Shown: positions 1 to 10,242 of the stretch, in pieces | How positions within the stretch are numbered: the stretch's first letter is position 1 | How the letters are laid out: every line of letters begins with the position of its first letter | Assembly: GCA_040285745.1 (NCBI GenBank) | Contig: JAUFOR010000002.1 | Location: forward strand, 1,860,001 to 1,924,000 | DNA length: 64,000 nt | From: Barthelona sp. PCE | Taxonomy: Eukaryota | Direction: 5' to 3' | The notes under the pieces: model-generated | What the model was told of the DNA's origin: nothing | Databases searched by the model: none | Seen by the model: the letters and a program-made list of their open reading frames with translations, nothing else | Position numbers and translations under genes: made by a program

Positions 1-782
1 CTACTCAAAAGCTCAAACATCATTCTTAACAGCCACCTATCGTGTTTAATGAAGAGAGTAAAGATTAGATCCTCATGGATACCCGCGCAGTATCCCAATG
101 TCTGCACAATACTGCCCAGTAATGCGTACTTTGTATTATCGAAACTGTCCTCGTCCTCTGAATCAGATTCGTCATGATTGTCGACGATCAAAACATCATT
201 GGCATAGTATATGAAGTTCAATATCTCAACTAGATCCTTGAAGAATATCTTCCACTCCTCCTCATTGACAGTAAATGCATAGTTTGCCAATTCCTTAATT
301 CTGCTACGAATTTCTTTTATCGTTTGCTCTATTGTGGTATCATCCAGTGCGGTAAAGTCAATGAATTCTGTGCTTTCTGTGAACTCCAAGGTCTGGAATA
401 AACGTCTGAGGAAGAAACGACGAACTTCAGGTAAAAATGCTGTATCTACTTCTAAATGAACACTTGGCAGCCACTTGAATATGGGAAGCTCTATGCTGTT
501 GTAGAACTGCTCCTCATCAGGGAAGAAACGAGTGCGAAAACGATCTATAATAGGATCTTTTTTGAGAGCAGTAGTATCCATCTTGTTTTTTGGTTGATTC
601 TTCCTGCTGTCTCGCTTTGCATCGTTAACCTTGATTGGTTTCTCATCAAATTCAGAGCCCCAATGCCAACATGGTGTCGAAATATCTTCAACTGTTAACA
701 AGCTTCCCAAAACAGGCTTCTCAGCCACTTCATCGATATCAACCTCCTTCTCAGGTGGGACGTGGTTGTTTGTAGATGTCAT
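1..782 (-). CDS. Hypothetical protein, partial (3' end runs off the window start)
   Basis: Manual translation from the ATG at 782 (MTSTNNHVPPEKEVDIDEVAEKPVLGSLL...) is open to position 1, with an acidic patch (DESDSEDEDSFD). It is absent from the ORF track, presumably because no stop lies in the window. Confidence 0.8.
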   Translation of the reverse strand, partial: MTSTNNHVPPEKEVDIDEVAEKPVLGSLLTVEDISTPCWHWGSEFDEKPIKVNDAKRDSRKNQPKNKMDTTALKKDPIIDRFRTRFFPDEEQFYNSIELPIFKWLPSVHLEVDTAFLPEVRRFFLRRLFQTLEFTESTEFIDFTALDDTTIEQTIKEIRSRIKELANYAFTVNEEEWKIFFKDLVEILNFIYYANDVLIVDNHDESDSEDEDSFDNTKYALLGSIVQTLGYCAGIHEDLIFTLFIKHDRWLLRMMFELLS

Positions 783-829
783 GAAAGATGATAAGTTCTG
801 CTTAACGCTTTCTTTCCCTTTTTCTTAAA
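783..829. promoter_or_regulatory. 47-bp putative bidirectional promoter
   Basis: The only sequence between divergent ATGs at 782 (-) and 830 (+). A pyrimidine tract precedes the + strand ATG. Confidence 0.5.
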
Positions 830-1936
830 ATGAGTAACGAAATTGAACACACCCACGCTATGAGCGACGAAGAAGATATCTTTGACGAGAACAGTGTCTT
901 CCCTACACCTTCACCTAGTCCGATTTCCATTATTGTAGAGAACGGTCGTGCTCACCGACAATTCGTTCCCCCAGGCTGCGTTCTTAAGATCAGCAACATG
1001 GCACTGGACTTCACAGCCACTATGGGCACTTGTGCTTCCGGTTTCATTTTCCATGACGGTAATCCTTTCTGTCTTGGTACTCTCACCATGCCTGAGTGTC
1101 CCAACGCCAGCTTTGCCACACCCTACGAATTCCACGGTCCTTGCACACTTGATTTTGGTGTTCTTGCACGCACTCGTCCTTCTGAGCATGCTGATGAAGA
1201 AGAGTTTTCTGCAATCTCTCTCAGTGGTATGATCCACTACGTGCGTATCAGCGAGCTCACCATCGCCGCCCTTGAGGCCACTGATACTGAGCAGGAGATG
1301 TCCTTTGATGCTATGGCCGAGATGTGCGCTATTGAGTACAAGGAAGAGCTGATCTCTGCTGAGGGAGAGCCCGAGTACAACGAGGAAGATGAGGTCGAAC
1401 CCCTCGGTGAAGAAGTTGAGGAGATCGAGTCTGAAGACATTGATTCGGAGGATGAGAGAAAACAGGTTGCACTTCTAAAGAAGCAGCTCGCAAAGGAGGA
1501 GGCTATGTACGCCCAGAGCGAGGAGGAAGAGGAGCCCAAGATTGAGCGCCGTCGTCGTAAAGGCGAGCCTTCAGAGAAGAAGGGGGCCCCTGAGCCTACA
1601 TGGACTACCATCAAGGGTGGTGTTAAGATCAGAGATCTCACCGTTGGAAATGGTGAAGTCGTCCAACGTGGTAACCGTGTTAAGGTCAAGTACGAGGGTC
1701 GCCTAAAGAACGGTAAGGTTTTTGATGCTGGTTCTTTCAAGACTAAAATTGGTGTCGGTAACGTTATCAAGGGTTGGGATCTTGGTCTCACAAACAAGAA
1801 GTACCCTTGTTTCGTTGGTACTGTGCGTGAGCTCATCATTCCTCCCAAGATGGGTTATGGTGCTCAAGGCACTACCGGAATTCCTGGTAACTCCACTCTT
1901 TTCTTCACTGTCGAGGTTCTAGCCATCCGTCGCTAA
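830..1936 (+). CDS. Nucleoplasmin-like-domain FKBP-type peptidyl-prolyl isomerase (Fpr3/Fpr4/FKBP39/FKBP53-like histone chaperone)
   Basis: N-terminal NPL-like region (LKISNMAL...CLGTL), long acidic and then basic linker, and a C-terminal FKBP domain (RVKVKYEGRLKNGKVFD...GNVIKGWD...RELIIPPKMGYG...IPGNSTLFFTVEVL). Confidence 0.92.
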   Translation: MSNEIEHTHAMSDEEDIFDENSVFPTPSPSPISIIVENGRAHRQFVPPGCVLKISNMALDFTATMGTCASGFIFHDGNPFCLGTLTMPECPNASFATPYEFHGPCTLDFGVLARTRPSEHADEEEFSAISLSGMIHYVRISELTIAALEATDTEQEMSFDAMAEMCAIEYKEELISAEGEPEYNEEDEVEPLGEEVEEIESEDIDSEDERKQVALLKKQLAKEEAMYAQSEEEEEPKIERRRRKGEPSEKKGAPEPTWTTIKGGVKIRDLTVGNGEVVQRGNRVKVKYEGRLKNGKVFDAGSFKTKIGVGNVIKGWDLGLTNKKYPCFVGTVRELIIPPKMGYGAQGTTGIPGNSTLFFTVEVLAIRR

Positions 1937-2055
1937 TCAATTGTCGAATAAATTATCTATTTTGACTTGTACAATGTTTTTTTACCTTTTCTAAATGCCT
2001 AGGCTTAAATTAACCTTCACAAAGTGTGGATCGATGTGCATTGTTCCCCACAAAA

Positions 2056-3906
2056 ATGGGAAATTTTACACCCTTCAAAAAAATGGAAATGTTTCCCAGT
2101 ACTGCCAATTCTTTTGCTGTTGTAAGTGAATTATTGCCCGCATCATGTACCAACCCGTCAATATATAATCTTTTACACAGCAAGAATAGTTCTTCTCATT
2201 ACTACAAAATGAATGTGGGTGATACAGTTGAATTGCGATTTTTTGAAGTTAAAGATGAATGTTTAATAGAAACACATGCTGAAACAGTTGAAGAGCAATG
2301 TTTGGGATCATATACTTTTGTAATTAGGGACACGGAAGTACTCAGCTTAAGAGGTCATGTTCTATCATGGTACAATTTTTCCACAGAGAGACTTTTTTCA
2401 TTTGAAGGCTTTCGGAGGCTGTGTAGGTACCCAGTATCACACACCCATTATGCCCACCTTGTTTATAATGGCAAGCATGTAATTGTTGATGTGCAAGAAG
2501 AGCTAATCGTTAAAGAGGTTAGATATCAAGACTGTGTTGAGGACTTGTTTGGGGAAAATCAGCATTACACCATCGTTAAGGTGTATGATCATCCACTGTA
2601 TAAGGACTTGATAGTAATCAATGCATCAATGTATCTTGTTGGTATGAATGAGGATGGAGCTGTAGTTGCACATTTAATGTCATTTAAGCTACCCAAGGAT
2701 ATAATAATTAAATGTATATTTAGTTTTGAAGACGAGTTTTACTTTGTCGATAAGAATTTTTTTATTTTTAAGTTATCCAAAAAAGGTAACGTTTTTGATA
2801 CTGCTCTTGCTTCTCCAGGTAAGACAGCAAATATGTGTGGTATGATACGTAATCTTTCATATTCTTCTGGATCAGTGCGTTTATATATTGAACATGTACC
2901 TGAAACAACATTGCTTACAATCACAGACCTTATGACCTTTGTCCCTTCTGCAAGTGAAGAAGTGCCAGTGTTACGCTCTCATGGTTACAATGTATTTTTT
3001 ACACCGTGGTTAAATACAGTACATATTTTTGCTGCATCACCTCACTTTAGCACCAGTCACGCATTGATTTATTCAAATTCCCTAGTTTCTGTTGGGAAAG
3101 ATAATTACATTCGCATCATAGATGGTGTTTATGAGGTGATTAATACAATTACAAGTCAAGTTTTACACTCTGCAACTTTTGATCAAGACCTACAAGGCAC
3201 TCGCATTTTAGGGAGCGAGTATGGAATTGTTGTGTTAACAGAAAAAGGAGCTATAGCCAGTGATGGAACTGAAATTGAAGAAGAAGACGGTTTTTGGGGA
3301 TCATATATTTTTGGGAATATTTGTTATTTATGCGGAAATTCAGGTGTTGTTTTGTGGAAATTTGAGGATGGAAGAGTTGTAGATACAATGGAATTTGATG
3401 TAGATGGTGAAAATTCATTTACTGTATTCCCTAACAGACATAATCCCAACATGATGTTTTTAGAGGAAGTTGACGACATGGGGGAGTTTTGTAATTCAAT
3501 ATTAAAGGTTAAATGGGATGCTGGTGTTTTGGTGCACCCCATTGAGGGGTCGAGAGGAACATCTTATGATACCTTAATCAATTTCATTGATGAGAATCAT
3601 CTCATAATCGGGAGAATGCTTTTTAAGTATTGTGATGATATAGATGAGGTTGTGAATGTTTCCAGTAATTTCCCAATAGATCCGTTTTGCGATTACCGAA
3701 AGTCTATGTTTTTTTCAGGGAAACCAGGTGTATTGTATCATATGAAGTGTGCTCAGCATAATTTTAATTTCGTTTATGATGTTATAAAGTACAATGCAAA
3801 GGAGAATATTTTCAGTCACACAGAAAAAAAGGTGAATATTATTGAATTCGTACGAAATGCTGATATTGAATATCATGATGGTTTTCTATACTATAGGATT
3901 TACTAA
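2056..3906 (+). CDS. Hypothetical AT-rich orphan protein, beta-strand-rich; start uncertain (ATG at 2056, 2083 or 2209)
   Basis: Uninterrupted ORF of ~600 aa with no recognisable motif. Codon usage is more AT-rich than in neighbouring conserved genes. Confidence 0.65.
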   Translation: MGNFTPFKKMEMFPSTANSFAVVSELLPASCTNPSIYNLLHSKNSSSHYYKMNVGDTVELRFFEVKDECLIETHAETVEEQCLGSYTFVIRDTEVLSLRGHVLSWYNFSTERLFSFEGFRRLCRYPVSHTHYAHLVYNGKHVIVDVQEELIVKEVRYQDCVEDLFGENQHYTIVKVYDHPLYKDLIVINASMYLVGMNEDGAVVAHLMSFKLPKDIIIKCIFSFEDEFYFVDKNFFIFKLSKKGNVFDTALASPGKTANMCGMIRNLSYSSGSVRLYIEHVPETTLLTITDLMTFVPSASEEVPVLRSHGYNVFFTPWLNTVHIFAASPHFSTSHALIYSNSLVSVGKDNYIRIIDGVYEVINTITSQVLHSATFDQDLQGTRILGSEYGIVVLTEKGAIASDGTEIEEEDGFWGSYIFGNICYLCGNSGVVLWKFEDGRVVDTMEFDVDGENSFTVFPNRHNPNMMFLEEVDDMGEFCNSILKVKWDAGVLVHPIEGSRGTSYDTLINFIDENHLIIGRMLFKYCDDIDEVVNVSSNFPIDPFCDYRKSMFFSGKPGVLYHMKCAQHNFNFVYDVIKYNAKENIFSHTEKKVNIIEFVRNADIEYHDGFLYYRIY

Positions 3907-3917
3907 ACTAGTGATGG

Positions 3918-5237
3918 TTATAATGCTTCGTTTTTAAGTTTGTTCAAGTAAGCGATGCACTTTTGTATCTTTTCATGCTTGATCTCGATATTATCCTCCT
4001 CAACTGCAACATGCAGTGTATTGATCAATAATGTCAGGTCTCTCTCAGTGACGCCTTGTTTTTCCTGCTTTGAAGAGAATAATCCTCGCATCGAGTTCAG
4101 GATACCCTTCTTCTGAGGAGCTACCTGTGGTGTTTTAGGATTGACAACAACAGGTGTCGGTGGCGCCTTACGTTTGACAGTGAACTGATCAGGGCAGGCA
4201 TGAACTAGTGCTTGGTCCAATACCGTCATGATTCCAGGTATTGAATTGTATTTCATGAGTTTCTGCATACAATGCGCGTAGTCCATTTTAATCAAATCGT
4301 TTTTGATTGCCACGATCATTTCAACAATCACAAACTGCAATAAAGTCATCGGATTGCAATCAAAGGCAAATAAAACATCCCAGACAAGCAGCGCATCATT
4401 AACATTGGTAAACTGTCTCAGAAGCAGCAGGCGGATCCAGCTCACCATATAGTACGGCTCAATATCCATGTTTATCAGGTGCTCCCGTAGACTTGGAAGT
4501 CTTTCATTGATAATATCCTGGGTTGCGAAAATATAGCGATTCAATGTGGACTTTTCGAAACGTTTGAGGCTTGTAGATGCGTCAAGAGCAGGGGACTGTT
4601 GGGTAATTTCTTCTTCTGTGACATAGAATAATGTAAGATGAATCATTAGAGTTTTGAAAATTGCAAATGTGTCTGCTCTGATATCCATAATGTCATCAGT
4701 GAAGAAGTACGCATGTTTTCCACTGTAATCAATACTCTTTGCTTGTGCAATGGCTTGATAGCGCATCCACAAAAATGCATGAATTACCTCATTGAATCCC
4801 TGTCTATACCCAACCACCTCGTTGATATGAGTGTATAAGAGCAACAATTCTTCAAGATCTTGACGAATATAACCATCACCTTGATATTCAGGTACATTAT
4901 TGTGAAACCTATTAAGATCCAGTCTAATCTGGTTAAGGGTCTCTTCGTTCTTCCAATAAACTCCCCAAGTCGTGTCCTGCTTCCTGCTGAGAGGATCTCC
5001 GTCCACTTCAACCGGTCGACTAACGATTTTCTCGCGTTTTAAAGCCCTATATTCCTCACGCCAAGCCGAAACCTTTGCTTCCCAAGTCGAGGGTTCTCCA
5101 TTAAGAGTTTTTGTAAAGAAGAGGTGTGCAACAAATCGCCAAATATCGTTGCAAAGATTCTTAGAGAATGCTGTTCGTTGCAGAATGTGTGAATCTGTCT
5201 CTACGAAGTATTGATCAAATCTTTTGTCCACGTCCAT
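3918..5237 (-). CDS. TBC-domain Rab GTPase-activating protein, TBC1D5/Gyp6-like
   Basis: Arginine-finger motif QIRLDLNRF, glutamine-finger motif GYRQGFNEV, DPLS...W...E insert, and WIRLLLLRQF...LLVWDVLFA. Confidence 0.88.
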   Translation of the reverse strand: MDVDKRFDQYFVETDSHILQRTAFSKNLCNDIWRFVAHLFFTKTLNGEPSTWEAKVSAWREEYRALKREKIVSRPVEVDGDPLSRKQDTTWGVYWKNEETLNQIRLDLNRFHNNVPEYQGDGYIRQDLEELLLLYTHINEVVGYRQGFNEVIHAFLWMRYQAIAQAKSIDYSGKHAYFFTDDIMDIRADTFAIFKTLMIHLTLFYVTEEEITQQSPALDASTSLKRFEKSTLNRYIFATQDIINERLPSLREHLINMDIEPYYMVSWIRLLLLRQFTNVNDALLVWDVLFAFDCNPMTLLQFVIVEMIVAIKNDLIKMDYAHCMQKLMKYNSIPGIMTVLDQALVHACPDQFTVKRKAPPTPVVVNPKTPQVAPQKKGILNSMRGLFSSKQEKQGVTERDLTLLINTLHVAVEEDNIEIKHEKIQKCIAYLNKLKNEAL

Positions 5238-5363
5238 GATCGAATGGGGTTATATTATCTAAAACAAACTTTTTTAATCGCAGCAATGACTAAAATCATG
5301 AAAAATAGTTTTTTACTGGTTGAATACAACTTAATGTATGTCAAGCCCTGATGAATGGTATAG

Positions 5364-5801
5364 TTACAATATAATATATATCTGATCGTTTTTGTGCTTC
5401 TGAACAGCTTTAAATGAATAATACACCGTCCAGAACGACACTGCCAGACATAGGAAAGGAGGTACAACCATGAAAAGAGGTTGTGATAAAGCAGAATAAA
5501 TATCTATAACAAGAAAGATAACAAAGAATAACCAAATGATTAGTAAAACCTGTATAAGGCGGTATTTCCTCTTGATAAGACAATAACGTGTGAAAAAACA
5601 CAAACCCAACAACAAAAGTCCGGCAGGACCAATTACAAATGTGAAGAAGGGAATGGAGTTGGTGATCCCAAATATAAACGATGATACGCTTAGTATTGCA
5701 AAACAACTTGCTAAAAGAACCCAGAAAAAAATTGCTTCCCGAATAGCATTTTCTTCTTTGTGCAACTGTGGATATTCGTGTTCTACTGACTCTTTGTCCA
5801 T
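5364..5801 (-). CDS. Small membrane protein with about 4 predicted transmembrane helices
   Basis: 145-aa ORF with four long hydrophobic segments separated by short polar or basic loops. Confidence 0.7.
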   Translation of the reverse strand: MDKESVEHEYPQLHKEENAIREAIFFWVLLASCFAILSVSSFIFGITNSIPFFTFVIGPAGLLLLGLCFFTRYCLIKRKYRLIQVLLIIWLFFVIFLVIDIYSALSQPLFMVVPPFLCLAVSFWTVYYSFKAVQKHKNDQIYIIL

Positions 5802-6122
5802 GATAAGTTCATAATTCTTTCAGAAAAGATAAAAGATAGAAGGTAACAAGAGAAATGTGGAACTTTTTCTGTTTAAAGTTGAGGTCTTTGTTGTTGTGAC
5901 GATTCTATCAATTATCCACCCTTTATAGTCCCTTTTATGCCACAAAAATGTAACAAATTTAAGGGCAGCAAAAGAGTGTGTTTGTAAGGCTCTAATTAGT
6001 GTTTGTTGTGTTGTTCAGTGTTGAATGGGCTGGTGTGCGTCGTTTATTGTACACAATTTTAACTAAATACTGCATTGAAAATTTCTTCCAGTTTTACATA
6101 CATAGCAATGGGAGGGGCATGA

Positions 6123-7691
6123 TTATCTGCTTTTCGCATCGAATTCAAAGACATTATCGAATATATCATCCTGTTTGCGGCGATGTGATTTGGATTTTTT
6201 TGGACTTCTCTTCTTGCTTGATTTTCGGCTCTTTTTCTTCTTACGGGGCGTCACATCTGCCTCTTGAATCGGCGTGGAAATCATCATAGGCGTTGTTTGA
6301 GCCATGGGTTGAGGGCGGCGATGTTTGGTGGTTATGTTCATTTGTGACTTACGTGCACTGAGTGAAACACCGAGCATGCGCTCGCTACCATCCCCAGCCG
6401 CAGAGAAAGTGGTAGATGATGTATTATGTCGTTTGTTTAAGGCGGATTTCAAGTTTTCAATCTCAATATGAGCTTGTTCAGCTTCGGATATAAGGGATGA
6501 AACGCGATTCTCAGAGGTAGTAACCAGTCCCTTCAGCCTTGTAACCTCGTTGTTATGCTCAGTAATGATACGGTCAAGGTTAGCGGCTTGAGTACACTGC
6601 TCACGAGTGTATGTGTGTTTCAGGTCCTCGTATGAAATGTTCAACTGCGTGTACTGAGCGTTCATGTTCTCCATCTGGCCGTGTTTCTTACTGATAATGG
6701 TGTTAAAGTGGTTATGAATCTCAGTTAGACGAATATTGAAAGTTTCAAGATCATTGCATGCATCTTGCTCAAGTTCATTGCAGCGCTCCTCAAAGTTGAT
6801 TTTGATCTCGCTGATTATAAGTGCAAACTCGCTCAGTTTGTTGGATAACTCAGAGTTGCTACACGAAAGCTCCCAGTTTTTAGTCTGTTCCTGACGGAGC
6901 TGTTCCTGAACATCATCGATGGTTACACGTGCAGCCTCAAGGTCGGCATTATTGGCGGATACAGTGACATGTAGCTCTTCAATACGTGATACATGGTCGC
7001 TAAGTGAGTCAGAGACCTTTTTGATTTCACGATGGAGTTTCTCGTTGTCGTTGACCAAAACATTATGTTCAAGTTTGGAATTGACGATGTCCTGCTTCAA
7101 GAAACTGTTTGAATTTTTCAGTTCCGAAATCGTTTCATTGGCTTCAGACAGTTCGCTAAACAAGTTGGCGTTCTCTGCCCGGAGCCCAGAAACGAGCTCA
7201 TCATTGATCTCAGTGTTGATATTGATAGTACCAACATCGTCACTCACCTGCTGGATTCTGTCAGTCATACTAGCGTTGTTTGCTTCGTAGGTGGAGCTAA
7301 GCTGCTCCATTTTTTCCTGGTTAACCTTTAAAAGTTGAAAAAGAGTTGTGTTTCCACGAACTTGAGTTTTTAGAGAAGAAATGTTTTGTTCAAAGACAGT
7401 TATTCGACTTTTGAGCTCAACTTTCTCGCGAACAACCTCCTTAAGCTTGGTCTTGGCGATATTGAGTTGTTTCTTGTACTTTTCTTGTCTTTTTTTCTAA
7501 AAATAAGTTTTAGTGGGTTTTTGAATAAATAATACGCTTAATTTGTATTCATTGTCTTTCTTAGCCATTTCTTTTGACCAATTCCTAATGTTAGCACGAA
7601 TATCGAGAACATCCGAGTTAACAACGGTTTTCTTATGTGGTTTCGGCGATTTAATGTTGGTAAGATCCTTAAAAGAAAGAATTGGAAGCAT
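6123..7691 (-). CDS. Coiled-coil protein, two exons (7691-7536 and 7496-6123), with a basic C-terminal tail
   Basis: ORFs 7497..7691 and 6123..7310 share a frame, and 7496-7311 is open (KKRQEKYKKQLNIAKTKLKEVV...). Removing the 39-nt GT..AG intron joins them. Heptad-rich sequence and a KKKKSRKSSKKRSPKK tail. Confidence 0.8.
7497..7535 (-). other. Spliceosomal intron, 39 nt
   Basis: Minus strand reads GTATTATTTATTCAAAAACCCACTAAAACTTATTTTTAG: GT donor, branch-like CACTAAA, T-tract and TAG acceptor. It is AT-rich and holds the only in-frame stop between the two ORFs. Confidence 0.8.
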
Positions 7692-7793
7692 GTTGAAGTT
7701 TATGAAAAGGATAAATAAAGAGAATGCAAGGTTTATATCGAAGGCAGGTTTTCTCCGTTTTCCATTTTATCACCATTTCTTCATGTTGCAAGC

Positions 7794-8279
7794 ATGTCAT
7801 TTGAGGAGTTAAGGCTGCTAGAAGCAAATATAAAGCGGAAAGCCAAAGAAGTGCAGGATGCAAAGTTGCGTCATCGCAATCTCACAGATTCACTAATTTT
7901 GCGATTTAAGGAGTTCGAAGACGTATCAAATACGAATCTCCTGCTGAAGAAAGAGGCAGAAAAACTTCAAGAAATCCATTCAACAAGAAAAAAGCAAGTA
8001 TCTTTACTAAAAGAGAAACTTCAACAATGTAACACCCTTAATATAAGCCTAAGCCAATCTACAAGTCACTTAAAAAGAAAGAAAACCGTAATAGCTATGA
8101 AAACACAAAACCAGAAAGAGAAAATATCTAGAACAGAATATGAAATTAAGAATTATAAAGAATTACTTAACAAATCACTTGCGAAGCTACAGCAAAAGCA
8201 AAGAATAAGGCAAAAATTGCAGAGAGCAAATGATATATTGCTTGAACAGATTAAGGCAGAATCAGAGTTTGTCCAGTAA
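7794..8279 (+). CDS. Small basic coiled-coil protein
   Basis: 161-aa K/Q/E/L-rich ORF with a heptad pattern. Its 3' end overlaps the convergent kinase gene by 18 bp. Confidence 0.7.
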   Translation: MSFEELRLLEANIKRKAKEVQDAKLRHRNLTDSLILRFKEFEDVSNTNLLLKKEAEKLQEIHSTRKKQVSLLKEKLQQCNTLNISLSQSTSHLKRKKTVIAMKTQNQKEKISRTEYEIKNYKELLNKSLAKLQQKQRIRQKLQRANDILLEQIKAESEFVQ

Positions 8280-10190
8280 ATCATTCAGAACATTCATCTC
8301 ATTGTCGTGTTCATCATCTGCATCATCCTCCAGTAATTCCAATGAGTTTAAACTTTGAACAATAACACTGTTGTTTGAAAAACGTGATCCTGTCGATCCA
8401 GAGTTGCGTTTTACCCTACTATCGGTAATATCTGCAATAGGAGTTCCATTGTATGATCTTAAGAAGTTTGACTGAGGGGTGCCCAATGGTGAATCGACCA
8501 TCTCTCGCTCTTTAAGAAGTTCTGCTACCTTCTCTGATTTGGGCTCGCTTCTTGTGCTGATATTGTTCTCGCTAGAAAGCAGGTTAACAGACTTTCCCGT
8601 GAATGTGAAGTTCATCCAACTGTCATATTCGTCTGTACTGGTTGTAATTTGAGGCAATGATTTGAATGCAGGTGGTGCAGATCCCTGAGATAGATCATCA
8701 GTGGACTTACTAGCACTGTTTAGGTTTAACTCGTTCATTAGCACATCAAAATCAAGCTCTTCAACAATAGGGGATGTTTCACTTCTGCTTGTATGCGAAT
8801 GCCTTCTCAAAAAGGTTGCACTTGATAATACATCTTCCTTAATATCAGTGGTGAAGTCATCCCTGAAGAAATCGCTCATTGCACTTATGTTACTGGTGGT
8901 AGAATCAATAATTGCTGTTTGGGGGTACTCCAAGAAATTGTCGTGCTCAGGTGTGATATCCAGTCTCTTCAGGTCTTGTTTCGGGGCGGGTGTGGCGTAC
9001 GGATACTGAAAATGTGCAGTTGACGCTGATGCAATCGGTGTGTCATCAAAATGACTGTCAGACTCTACCTCGGTTGACGGTGATATCATCTGGTTCTTAA
9101 AATAAAACAAATCAGTGTCATCCTCCAACATGGGGACAAAAAACGGGTTTGGTTTTTCGAGTATCGACTCACACTGCGAATAAAACCATGGATGCTTGAT
9201 TGTTTGCGCATAACCGTATCTTTTGTGGGGGTCCAGCTCTAGAAGGTGCTGTATGAGGTCCCACACCAACGGAGATACACCGGGGTTGGTGAAATGGAGC
9301 TCTTTGTTCTCAAGTAGCTCAAGCACTTTAATCTCAGACTCAAAAACACTAAGGGGAGAGTAGCCAACAAGGAGTTCATATAACAAGCATCCTAGCGACC
9401 AGTAATCGCACTCTTCACGGTAGGACCCACTTAACAGCTCAGGTGCCATGTACGATGCTGTGCCGACAATTGAGCGGCACATCAGGTCACGTTCGTCTGT
9501 GTCTGGCGTCGACAGGCCGAAATCCGCAAGCTTGAGGTGACCGTCTTTGGTGATGAGGAAGTTTGGTGGCTTCAAATCTCTGTGAATAAAACCACACCTG
9601 TGAAGTGAGTTGACGCACATGACACACTCTGCGAAATAGAACTGCGCTGCGTGTTCATCAAACCTGCCGAACGTGTCGAGCAGCGAGTCGAGTGTTCCAC
9701 CTGGGAGATACTCCATGGCGAGGTATAAATATGTGAGATCCTGAAATGCATAATGAAGTTTAGCTAACCATGGAGAACGACTGCTAATTAGAATAGACCT
9801 CTCCGTTCTAATGCGTGAAACGTTGCGCTTAGATACGGTAGACTTCGAAATACACTTTAGAGCATATAGTTGAAGAGTATCCTTCTTCTTAACAAGATGG
9901 ACTTCAGCGAATGAACCTTTACCGATTAATCCGATGAATTCAAAGTGTTCTACCGATAGCTTTAATCGTCTCATTCTAAAAAACATCTTTTCACGATTGA
10001 CATATTCGTTGTAGTGTTCTTTGAACTCAGATTCTGAAATGTCCGTATGATCTACCTTGGTTAAAAAGCCCTCGAATCGCTTATTGCGCTCTTCAACAAA
10101 CTGAATTAACTGAACGTAATATTGGTCAATGTAGTTATTGAATGCAGATGCCTTGTCCCGAATGTCGTTGATGACACTTGTTGTTGACAT
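8262..10190 (-). CDS. AGC-group Ser/Thr kinase, NDR family, Dbf2/Sid2-like
   Basis: Motifs GKGSFA, ALK, HRDLKPPN, DFG and GTASYMAPE. It has a MOB-binding-like N-terminal region (..REKMFFRMRRLKL), SPWLAKLHYAFQDLTYLYLAMEYLPGG, and AGC tail motifs PFFVP...DLFYF and WMNFTF. First ATG is at 10190. Confidence 0.9.
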   Translation of the reverse strand: MSTTSVINDIRDKASAFNNYIDQYYVQLIQFVEERNKRFEGFLTKVDHTDISESEFKEHYNEYVNREKMFFRMRRLKLSVEHFEFIGLIGKGSFAEVHLVKKKDTLQLYALKCISKSTVSKRNVSRIRTERSILISSRSPWLAKLHYAFQDLTYLYLAMEYLPGGTLDSLLDTFGRFDEHAAQFYFAECVMCVNSLHRCGFIHRDLKPPNFLITKDGHLKLADFGLSTPDTDERDLMCRSIVGTASYMAPELLSGSYREECDYWSLGCLLYELLVGYSPLSVFESEIKVLELLENKELHFTNPGVSPLVWDLIQHLLELDPHKRYGYAQTIKHPWFYSQCESILEKPNPFFVPMLEDDTDLFYFKNQMISPSTEVESDSHFDDTPIASASTAHFQYPYATPAPKQDLKRLDITPEHDNFLEYPQTAIIDSTTSNISAMSDFFRDDFTTDIKEDVLSSATFLRRHSHTSRSETSPIVEELDFDVLMNELNLNSASKSTDDLSQGSAPPAFKSLPQITTSTDEYDSWMNFTFTGKSVNLLSSENNISTRSEPKSEKVAELLKEREMVDSPLGTPQSNFLRSYNGTPIADITDSRVKRNSGSTGSRFSNNSVIVQSLNSLELLEDDADDEHDNEMNVLNDLLDKL

Positions 10191-10242
10191 TGCTGCGTCG
10201 ATAGGAAATTGGCAAAAAGCGTGAAATGGCAAAAAAATGTAT

